64,000 bases of DNA. Origin: an uncultured Gammaproteobacteria bacterium. GTDB lineage: Bacteria; Pseudomonadota; Gammaproteobacteria; Steroidobacterales; Steroidobacteraceae. The notes beneath the pieces are model-generated. The model did no database searches and had not been told where the DNA came from. It was given only the letters and a program-made list of their open reading frames with translations. The stretch is from positions 47,921 through 111,920 of the forward strand of contig CAVPMU010000009.1 of NCBI GenBank assembly GCA_963706535.1, read 5' to 3'. Both the position numbers and the translations under genes were made by a program. Positions 56,550 to 64,000 of this stretch are shown here, piece after piece (the stretch's first letter is position 1; each line of letters begins with the position of its first letter).

Positions 56550-58970
56550 ATGTCGAACGAACAACAGGGACTCCCGCAGGGCGGCGGGACCGAGATCAGG
56601 CAGCAGCAGTTTTCCGCGGACTGGGTCGGCAGGATTTCCTACTGGATATTTCGCAACCGCAAGCCGCTGCTGATCCTGTTCATCCTGATCACCATCCTGC
56701 TCGGCGCCATGGCGAGCCAGTTGCGGGTGCAGGCGGCGTTCACCAAGATGATCCCGCTCAAGCACGAGTACATGCAGACCTTCCTGCAGTACCAGAACGA
56801 CTTCGGGGGCGCCAACAAGGTGCTCGTGGCCTTGAAGAACACCAGGGGCGACATCTACGACAAGGAGTTCATGGAGACCCTGCGCACGGTCACCGAGGAG
56901 GTGTTCTTCCTGAAAGGCGTCGAGCGCAGTTCCGTGGCGTCGCTGTTCACGCCCAACGTGCGCTTCAACGAAGTCGTCGAGGATGGATTCCGCGGCGGCA
57001 ACATCGTTTCCGCCGATTTTGCCGGCACGCCCGAGCAGCTGACGCTGGTGCGGGAGAACCTGCTCAAGTCCGACTGGATCGGCCGCCTGGTGTCGAACGA
57101 CCACACTTCGGCGATGGTGGTGGCGACGCTGATGGAGAACGACCCCGAGACCGGGGAACGGCTGGACCTGCAGGACGTCTCCGCGCAGCTCGAGCAGATC
57201 CGCGGGAAATACGAGAACGAGGCGACCACGGTCCACGTCATCGGCTTCGCCAAGGCGGTCGGCGACATCGCCAAGGGCGCCGCCGGCGTGCTGGTGTTCT
57301 TCGGCGTGGCGTTCGTCATCACCTCGCTGCTGCTCTACTGGTATTCGGGCTCGCTGATGATCACTGCACTGGCGCTCATCTGCGCCGTCGTCCCGGTGAT
57401 CTGGCTGCTGGGCCTCCTGCCCATCTTCGGGCTCGGCCTCGACCCGATGTCGATCCTGGTGCCGTTCCTGATCTTCTCCATCGCCGTGTCGCACGCGGTG
57501 CAGATGACCAACGCCTGGAAGCTCGAGACGCTGCACGGCGCGGACGGCGTGACGGCGTCCACGCACTCCTTCCAGAAGCTCTTCATACCGGGCGCCATGG
57601 CGCTGCTCGCCAACGCGCTCGGTTTCATGGTGATCGCGTTCGTCGAGATCGAGATCGTGCGCGAACTCGCGTTCACGGCGACCATCGGCGTGACGGTGAT
57701 GATCATCACCAACAAGATGCTGCTGCCGATCCTGCTCTCCTACTACAAGTTCACGCCGGAGCAGGCCTCGAAGCTGGCCGGCAAGGAAACGGCCGGCGAC
57801 TGGCTGTGGGAGCGCATCGGCGGGCTGGCGACCAGGCGCGTGGCCTGGATACCGCTGCTCGCGGGCCTGGCGCTGCTGGCCTTCGGCATCTCGCAGGCTC
57901 GCCACCTGCACATCGGCGACCTCGGCAAGGGCGTCCCGGAACTGCGCGAGAATTCGCGCTACAACCAGGACGTCGCCATGATCACCAGCCACTTCGCCAT
58001 TGGCGTGGACCTGCTGCAGGTCATCGCCGAGGCCAAGCCCGAGAGCGACGACGACTCGCCCTGCGTCGACCGCGACGTGATGGACAAGATCGAGGACTTC
58101 GAATTCCAGATGAGGCAGGTGGACGGGGTCGCCACCGCGCGCGGGCTGGCCGGCTTCGTCAAGGGCATCACGCAGTCGTTCGCCGAGACCTATGCCAAGT
58201 GGCGCATGCTGCCCGAGTCACGCGCACAGATCGCGCAGGGCGTGGGCTATGCCACCCAGCTCGGCAACGAGTTCATGAACTCGCGCTGCACCGCGATGCC
58301 GATCAGCATCTACACCACCGACCACCAGGCCACGACCATCGAGCACATCGTCGAGAAGGTCAAGGCGTTCAAGGAAGGCGGCGGCGACACGGATCGCGTC
58401 GTCTTCAGGCTCGCCAGCGGCAACGTCGGCGTGATGGTGGCCACCAACGAGGCCGTCGAGGCGGCCGACAAGTGGGTGAACCTCGCGCTGTTCGCGTCGG
58501 TGATGCTGCTGTGCATCGTCACGTTCCGCTCCTTCCCGATCACGCTGTGCGTGGTGCTGCCGCTCGCGCTGGTGACGGTGCTCTGCAACGCGCTGATGGC
58601 GATGCTCGGAATCGGCGTCAAGGTGAACACGCTGCCGGTCGTAGCCCTCGGCGTGGGCGTGGGCGTCGATTACGGCATCTACCTCTTCGAGCGCATGAAG
58701 CACGAGATGGAGGACAACGGCCTCGTGCTCAAGGACGCCTTCGTCGAGGCGCTCAAGCAGCGCGGCACGGCGTCGATCTTCACCGCGGTGACGATGACCA
58801 TCTCGGTCGGGACCTGGATCTTCTCGGCGCTCAAGTTCCAGGCCGACATGGGCATCCTGCTCGCGTTCATGTTCCTGGTGAACGCGTTCGGCGCGATCCT
58901 GTTGCTGCCGGCGCTGGCGGCTTACCTGGTGGGCGACCGCAGGAAGGTGGCGAAGAAGGCGGCGGCCTGA
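56550..58970 (+). CDS. RND superfamily (MMPL/HpnN-like) transporter
   Basis: 806 aa. Two 6-TM bundles separated by large periplasmic loops. Confidence 0.85.
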   Translation: MSNEQQGLPQGGGTEIRQQQFSADWVGRISYWIFRNRKPLLILFILITILLGAMASQLRVQAAFTKMIPLKHEYMQTFLQYQNDFGGANKVLVALKNTRGDIYDKEFMETLRTVTEEVFFLKGVERSSVASLFTPNVRFNEVVEDGFRGGNIVSADFAGTPEQLTLVRENLLKSDWIGRLVSNDHTSAMVVATLMENDPETGERLDLQDVSAQLEQIRGKYENEATTVHVIGFAKAVGDIAKGAAGVLVFFGVAFVITSLLLYWYSGSLMITALALICAVVPVIWLLGLLPIFGLGLDPMSILVPFLIFSIAVSHAVQMTNAWKLETLHGADGVTASTHSFQKLFIPGAMALLANALGFMVIAFVEIEIVRELAFTATIGVTVMIITNKMLLPILLSYYKFTPEQASKLAGKETAGDWLWERIGGLATRRVAWIPLLAGLALLAFGISQARHLHIGDLGKGVPELRENSRYNQDVAMITSHFAIGVDLLQVIAEAKPESDDDSPCVDRDVMDKIEDFEFQMRQVDGVATARGLAGFVKGITQSFAETYAKWRMLPESRAQIAQGVGYATQLGNEFMNSRCTAMPISIYTTDHQATTIEHIVEKVKAFKEGGGDTDRVVFRLASGNVGVMVATNEAVEAADKWVNLALFASVMLLCIVTFRSFPITLCVVLPLALVTVLCNALMAMLGIGVKVNTLPVVALGVGVGVDYGIYLFERMKHEMEDNGLVLKDAFVEALKQRGTASIFTAVTMTISVGTWIFSALKFQADMGILLAFMFLVNAFGAILLLPALAAYLVGDRRKVAKKAAA

Positions 58971-58985
58971 GTGGCCGACCCGCGA

Positions 58986-59008
58986 CCGGGGGCCTGGTGC
59001 GCCCCCGG
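58986..59008. terminator. 8-bp GC hairpin CCGGGGGC-N7-GCCCCCGG between convergent genes (candidate bidirectional terminator)
   Basis: Read directly. Followed by GGTT. Confidence 0.4.
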
Positions 59009-59023
59009 GGTTCCGTCGTCCGC

Positions 59024-59524
59024 TCAGCGGCTGACCTGCTCCACGCACAGCTCGAGGCGGCGGATGAACTGCTGCTCCGGGCCGCTCACCAGTTCGCCGC
59101 CGATCCCGAGGACGTCGCCCTCCTTGGCGGCGCGGGCGACGCGCCTGGCGAGCGTGATCACGAACTCGCCATAGTGCATCAGGTCGTCGAGGCCGCCGTG
59201 CAGGTTCAGGAAGCTGAGCGACTGCCCGAACGTGTCGAGCGCCTTGGACTGCAGCGTCGGCGGCGTGCGATGCGCGTCGGCGAGCGTGTAGTACCAGGAC
59301 CGGATGGCGTCCTGCGCCTGCATGATGTGCTGGCTCGAGGCGATCTCGCGCAGCAGGGGGTGCGAGCTGTGCATCGCGTCCACCACGCCCTGCAGTCCCG
59401 CGTTGCGCTCGAGCATCTCGTCGAAGGGGCTGCCTCCGCTGGCCGACACCGCGATGATCACGTGATGCGGCGTGTCGCGCACGGCGGTCCACTGGTCCGC
59501 CGTCAACCTGTCCCTAGTCACCAT
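59024..59524 (-). CDS. Hypothetical protein (166 aa)
   Basis: ATG preceded by GGGGAGGGG SD. High GC3. No recognisable domain. Confidence 0.6.
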   Translation of the reverse strand: MVTRDRLTADQWTAVRDTPHHVIIAVSASGGSPFDEMLERNAGLQGVVDAMHSSHPLLREIASSQHIMQAQDAIRSWYYTLADAHRTPPTLQSKALDTFGQSLSFLNLHGGLDDLMHYGEFVITLARRVARAAKEGDVLGIGGELVSGPEQQFIRRLELCVEQVSR

Positions 59525-59628
59525 GAGTGTCCCCTCCCCGATATGAATAATTCTCCGGGCGTGCCGTGCCCGCCCACCCGCGCTTTGCGGTGGGTGGCGA
59601 TGATACTCCGGCAGGCGAGCGCCTCCAA

Positions 59629-60939
59629 ATGACGCTTGTACTCGACCAGCCGCTGCAATTGCCCTGCGGCGCCGTGCTGCCGAACCGCCTGGCCAAGGGA
59701 GCCATGACTGAGGGCGTGGCGGACGAACTGCTGCGCGCCACGCCACGCCACGAGCGTCTCTACCGGGCGTGGAGCGAAGGAGGGGCTGGGCTGCTGCTGA
59801 CCGGCAACGTGCAGGTCGGCCGCCGGGTGCTCGAGCGACCCGGGAACGTCGCCATCGACGTGTCGGAGCCGCGGACGGTCTCGGCCGAGGCGCGCGGGCG
59901 ACTGGCGCGCTGGGCCCGCGCGGGCACGGTCGCCGGCAACCACCTCTGGATGCAGGTCTCGCATGGCGGCAGGCAATCGCCGTGGTACGTGACCCGCGAA
60001 CCCCCGGCGCCGTCCGCGGTCCGACTCGACCTGCTGGGCGCGTATGCGCCGCCACGAGCGCTCACGGAGACCGAGATCGTCGAACTCATCGGACGCTTCG
60101 CCCGGGCGGCGGTCATCGCGCGCGACACGGGCTTCACCGGCGTGCAGGTGCACGGCGCGCACGGTTACCTGATCAGCTCGTTCCTGTCGCCGGTGACGAA
60201 CCGGCGCGGCGATGCGTGGGGCGGGACGCTCGCAAACCGGGCGCGCTTCCTGCTCGAGGTCGTGCGCGCCGTGCGCAAGTCGGTGGGACGCGACTTCCCG
60301 GTGGCGCTGAAGCCGAATTCCGACGATTTCCGCAAGGGCGGCTTCTCGAGCACGGAGTGCCTCGAGGTGGTGCGCTGGCTCAACGACGAGGCGCTCGACC
60401 TGCTCGAGATCTCGGGCGGCACCTACGAGCAGCCACGCCTGCTCGGTATCGAGGGGCGGCCCGAGGACGCGCTGCCCGTCCGGCCGAGCACGGTCGTTCG
60501 CGAGGCCTGTTTCCTCGACTACGCGGCGGCGATCCGGCGGGTCGCGCGCATGCCGCTGATGGTGACCGGCGGCTTCCGCAGCCGCGCGGGCATGGAGGCG
60601 GCGCTCGCGAGCGGCGATTGCGACGTGATCGGGCTCGGCCGGCCGCTCTGCTGGCAACCGGATTTCCCGAGGTGCCTGCTCGCGGGCGAGGTCAACGAGG
60701 TGCCGCGCGTCGAGGAGCGGCTCGAGCTCGCGCAGCGCGGCTGGCTGTCGCCCGCCAGCCCGTCGCTGGCGATCCGGGCACTGAACACGATGGGTGCGCA
60801 GGCCTGGTTCTACTGCCAGATCTTTCGCCTCGCGGACGGCGAGCCGGTGCAGCCGGACCGTGGACTTCTCCCTGCGCTCGTCGAGTACGCCCGCGACGAG
60901 TTCCGCGCCGCGCGCCGCATGCATCGCGCCTACCGCTAG
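59629..60939 (+). CDS. NADH:flavin oxidoreductase (Old Yellow Enzyme / 2,4-dienoyl-CoA reductase N-terminal family)
   Basis: HGAHGYLISSFLSPVTNRRGDAWGG motif. Confidence 0.85.
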   Translation: MTLVLDQPLQLPCGAVLPNRLAKGAMTEGVADELLRATPRHERLYRAWSEGGAGLLLTGNVQVGRRVLERPGNVAIDVSEPRTVSAEARGRLARWARAGTVAGNHLWMQVSHGGRQSPWYVTREPPAPSAVRLDLLGAYAPPRALTETEIVELIGRFARAAVIARDTGFTGVQVHGAHGYLISSFLSPVTNRRGDAWGGTLANRARFLLEVVRAVRKSVGRDFPVALKPNSDDFRKGGFSSTECLEVVRWLNDEALDLLEISGGTYEQPRLLGIEGRPEDALPVRPSTVVREACFLDYAAAIRRVARMPLMVTGGFRSRAGMEAALASGDCDVIGLGRPLCWQPDFPRCLLAGEVNEVPRVEERLELAQRGWLSPASPSLAIRALNTMGAQAWFYCQIFRLADGEPVQPDRGLLPALVEYARDEFRAARRMHRAYR

Positions 60940-61763
60940 GCGCGGCGGAACCAGTCGAGCGCGAGCGCGGCGATCCGCGCCGGCTGCTCGAGCGGCAGCC
61001 AGTGCGCTGCACCGTCGATGAGTTCGTAGCGCCACGGCGCGTCCATGCGGCGGGCGGAGTTCAGCATCTGGTCCTCGGCGAGGCAGTGGTCCTCGCTGCT
61101 CCACACGCCGAGCGTCGGCACGCGGCAGCGTGGCCAAGAACCGACCATGACGCGCACGAGGTTCGCGCGATACCAGTCGAGACCGGCCGTGAGCCGGCCG
61201 GGCCGCGCAAGGTCGTGGATGCACCGCTCGACGTCGGGGTGGTCACGGGCCCAGTGCCTGAGCCCGGCCCAGTCATTGCGCGAGAGCCATGCTTCGGCGA
61301 TCCCGGGCAGTTGCCACGCGAGCGTGTAGGCGCCCTTGCGCTTCTGCTCGAGGCCCGCCCACGCATACTCGCGCGGGTGCCCGACGGACAGCACGACGCT
61401 CGCGGCCACCCACTCGGGATGGAACATGGCGAGGCACCATGCGATGACCGCGCCCCAGTCGTGGCCCATGACCCGAACCGGCTCGCTGGGCTCGAGCTGC
61501 GCCAGCAGCGCGAGCATGTCGGCGAGCACCCGGTCGATGGAGTAATGGCGCCGGCCCGCAGGCGCCTCCGAGTCGCCTGAGCCCCGCAGGTCGGGGGCGA
61601 TCACGCGGTGGCCAGCCGCGACGAGTCGTGGCGTCACCTCACGCCACAGCTCGCACGAGTCCGGGAATCCGTGCAGCAGGAGGACGGGTGTCCCGGTGCC
61701 GGCATCGAGCACGTTCAGGCGGATGCCCGGGAGCTGCAGGTGTCGTGGCCTCTGGCCCATCAT
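60936..61763 (-). CDS. Alpha/beta hydrolase (epoxide hydrolase/haloalkane dehalogenase-like)
   Basis: LLHGFPDS and GHDWGA nucleophile-elbow motifs. Confidence 0.85.
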   Translation of the reverse strand: MMGQRPRHLQLPGIRLNVLDAGTGTPVLLLHGFPDSCELWREVTPRLVAAGHRVIAPDLRGSGDSEAPAGRRHYSIDRVLADMLALLAQLEPSEPVRVMGHDWGAVIAWCLAMFHPEWVAASVVLSVGHPREYAWAGLEQKRKGAYTLAWQLPGIAEAWLSRNDWAGLRHWARDHPDVERCIHDLARPGRLTAGLDWYRANLVRVMVGSWPRCRVPTLGVWSSEDHCLAEDQMLNSARRMDAPWRYELIDGAAHWLPLEQPARIAALALDWFRRA

Positions 61764-61878
61764 GCGGGGAGCATAATGGGCGACGGACCAGCCCGGTGGG
61801 CGATGGAACGCGCCCCGGCGGAACCGGTCTCAAGAGTCAGCCTCCCGCGCCTGCCGGGTGGGTTCCACGGAGGAACTT

Positions 61879-62703
61879 ATGTCAATGAAAAATATAGTAT
61901 TTATTCTCGTTGCGACTGCGCTTGCCGGTTGCGCGACGAGCCCCACCGGGCGCTCCCAGCTGATGCTGGTGTCGGAGCAGCAGGCGATCGGTGCTTCGCG
62001 CCAGGCCTACGTCCAGCAGATGGACAAGTACCGCAAGGAAGGCAGGCTGGTCACCGATCCGCGCCTGTTGAATCGCGTGGAGGTGATCACGGAGCGCCTG
62101 GTCGCCCAGGCGGTGAAGTGGCGGCCGGAGACGGCGCGCTGGGAGTGGAGCCTGCAGGTCATCGACGAGCCGAAGACCGTGAATGCCTGGTGCATGGCGG
62201 GCGGCCGGATGGCCATCTACACGGGGTTGATCCAGAAGGTGGACCCGACCGACGACGAACTCGCGCAGGTGCTCGGGCATGAGATCGCCCACGCGCTCGC
62301 CAACCACACGGCCGAGCGCATGTCAGTGTCCATGGCGAGCCAGGCCGGTGTCATGGCGGCAGGCGTCCTGCTCGACCAGTCGCCCGGGTCGATGGCCGCA
62401 ACCGCGGCGGCGGCGCAACTGGCCGTGGACCTGCCGAACAGCCGCACCGCGGAAACCGAGGCGGACCGCATCGGGATCGAGCTCGCGGCCAAGGCGGGTT
62501 ACGACCCGCGTGCCGCGGTGACGCTGTGGCAGAAGATGGGCGCCGTCGGCGGCAGCAAGCCGCCGCAGTTCCTCAGCACGCATCCGGGCGACCAGCAGCG
62601 CCGGCAGCGGCTCGGAGCGCTGGTGCCGAAGATGCAGCCGTACTATGCCGCACCCGGCGCGCGACCGACGTACCCGGTGCGCATTGGCGCGCGCGCCAAC
62701 TGA
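61879..62703 (+). CDS. M48 family metallopeptidase, lipoprotein
   Basis: Lipobox LAGC. HEIAHAL zinc motif. GGAGG SD. AT-rich first codons. Confidence 0.85.
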   Translation: MSMKNIVFILVATALAGCATSPTGRSQLMLVSEQQAIGASRQAYVQQMDKYRKEGRLVTDPRLLNRVEVITERLVAQAVKWRPETARWEWSLQVIDEPKTVNAWCMAGGRMAIYTGLIQKVDPTDDELAQVLGHEIAHALANHTAERMSVSMASQAGVMAAGVLLDQSPGSMAATAAAAQLAVDLPNSRTAETEADRIGIELAAKAGYDPRAAVTLWQKMGAVGGSKPPQFLSTHPGDQQRRQRLGALVPKMQPYYAAPGARPTYPVRIGARAN

Positions 62704-62710
62704 GCGGCCT

Positions 62711-64000
62711 GTGCCGGTGACGACCAACCTGCAAGCTCCGGTGCCTGCCACGAGGCCGCACGAGGTTGCCTCGCCCCACGGCGCGCGACCGGACGAGTAC
62801 CACTGGCTGCGCGACGACACGCGCACCGACCCCGCTGTGCTCGCCCACCTCGCGGCCGAGAACGCCTACAAGGACGCGATGATGGCGCCGCTCGCCCCGC
62901 TCGAGGCGCGGCTCTACGAGGAGATCGTCGGGCGCATCCGGCAGGACGATTCCTCGGTGCCCTATCGCGAGCGTGGCTACTGGTACTACCAGCGCTTCGA
63001 AGCCGGCCGCGAATACCCGTTGCACGCACGTCGTGCCGGCTCGCTCGCCTCGCCCGAGGAGGTGATGCTCGACCTCGAGCAACTCGCGTGCGACCGCGAC
63101 TTCTACGAGGTCGGCGCGCTCGAGGTGAGCCCGGACACGCGCCTGCTCGCCTATGCCGAGGACACGGTCGGGCGCCGCCAGTACACGCTGCGCTTCAAGG
63201 ACCTCGCCACGGGCGAGGTATTGCCCGACGCCATCCCGAACGTCGAGGCGGCGATCGCCTGGGCCGCCGACAGCCGCACGGTGCTCTACATCGAGAAGGA
63301 TGCGGCCACGCTGCTCGGCAACAAGGTGCGCAGGCATCGCGTCGGCACCGACCCGGCGGACGACCCGCTGGTGTACGAGGAAACGGACGACGCGTTCTTC
63401 ACCGACGTCGATCCGAGCAAGGACGGACGCTACCTCTATATCTACTCGCACGGCACCGTCACGAGCGAGCAGCGCTACGCCGACGCGGCCGACCCGGCGC
63501 TCGAGTTCCGCGTGTTGATCCCGCGCGAGCGCGGCCACGAATACGAGGCCGACCATTGCGAGGGACGCTGGATCATCCGCACGAACCTGCAGGCTCCCAA
63601 CTTCCGCCTGGTGGAAGCCCCGCTCGAGGCGCCCGCCGACCGCGCCCGCTGGCAGGATCTCATCGCGCACCGCCCGGATGCGTTCCTCGACGACTTCGAC
63701 GTGTTCGGTGATTTCGTGGCGGCGGAGGAACGCTCGGGCGGCCTGCGGCGGGTGCGCATCCATCCCTGGGGCGCGGGCGAGGATTTCTGCCTCGCCGCCG
63801 ACGAGCCCGCGAGTCGCACCGTCCTCGGCGACAACCCGGAGGTCGCGAGCCACGTCGTGCGCTACGTGTACACGTCGCTCACCACGCCCGCCACCACCTA
63901 CGACTATGACGTGCGCACCGGCGAGCGCACCTTGCTCAAGCAGGAGCCGGTGCTCGGCGATTTCGATTCGTCGCGCTACGTCACCGAGTACCTGCGCGCG
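62711..64000 (+). CDS. ptrB: Oligopeptidase B / S9A prolyl oligopeptidase family (N-terminal propeller part; continues beyond window)
   Basis: Open frame to window end (430 codons), not in the ORF track because there is no stop. DEYHWLRDD...AYLAAENAY-type N-terminus. Confidence 0.8.
   Translation, partial: MPVTTNLQAPVPATRPHEVASPHGARPDEYHWLRDDTRTDPAVLAHLAAENAYKDAMMAPLAPLEARLYEEIVGRIRQDDSSVPYRERGYWYYQRFEAGREYPLHARRAGSLASPEEVMLDLEQLACDRDFYEVGALEVSPDTRLLAYAEDTVGRRQYTLRFKDLATGEVLPDAIPNVEAAIAWAADSRTVLYIEKDAATLLGNKVRRHRVGTDPADDPLVYEETDDAFFTDVDPSKDGRYLYIYSHGTVTSEQRYADAADPALEFRVLIPRERGHEYEADHCEGRWIIRTNLQAPNFRLVEAPLEAPADRARWQDLIAHRPDAFLDDFDVFGDFVAAEERSGGLRRVRIHPWGAGEDFCLAADEPASRTVLGDNPEVASHVVRYVYTSLTTPATTYDYDVRTGERTLLKQEPVLGDFDSSRYVTEYLRA

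Noticed and set aside
1-64000. Search for rRNA, tRNA, CRISPR arrays, integrase/phage genes, and defence or secretion systems.
   Set aside because: No cloverleaf-like intergenic sequences, no regularly spaced repeats, and no recognisable integrase, Cas, restriction, toxin-immunity or secretion-apparatus proteins were seen. Intergenic regions are short except at 22490-22594, 37415-37661 and 51559-51798.

Overview
GC-rich (third codon positions almost all G/C) proteobacterial-type chromosomal segment with about 63 protein-coding genes. I saw no rRNA, tRNA or CRISPR array. It is mostly a mosaic of metabolic and envelope modules.

Gene content, left to right:
- Secreted S8 protease and a very large REC-wHTH-PAS-GAF-PAS-PAS-HisKA-HATPase-REC hybrid sensor.
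- An uncharacterised operon: ferritin-like protein, small ORF, TPP decarboxylase, PlsC acyltransferase, ATP-grasp ligase, cyanobacterial-AAR-like reductase.
- Rhomboid protease plus a PA2779/PA2778 pair.
- DUF1924 / diheme cytochrome c / cytochrome b / OmpR-type two-component module, next to a DUF2946 + TonB-dependent copper receptor pair.
- LysR-azoR-DoxX-pirin stress cluster.
- SorAB-like sulfite dehydrogenase, followed by an IS4-family insertion sequence. The IS abuts the 3' half of an sHdr-type sulfur-oxidation cluster (hdrC-like remnant, hdrB2-like, hyp, lbpA-like, ArsR regulator).
- Atu-like (SDR / carboxyltransferase / acyl-CoA dehydrogenase / hydratase / biotin carboxylase) cluster plus a BKACE enzyme.
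- Lipid island: DUF885, WS/DGAT, DUF1302, DUF1329, BNR/Ycf48-like, RND.
- Several hydrolases, ending in a partial oligopeptidase B.

Most notable observations:
- Four genes carry single-base frameshifts in simple-sequence tracts.
- Two or three junctions look like deletion fusions (RR::HK, kef::nnrU, IS flank).
- Two paralogous ~40-aa hydrophobic peptide genes have SD-sequestering hairpins and an AT-rich sigma70-like promoter.
- The AAR-like operon has no characterised counterpart that I know of.

I found no obvious defence or secretion system. All functional calls come from by-eye motif and homology recognition and need database confirmation.
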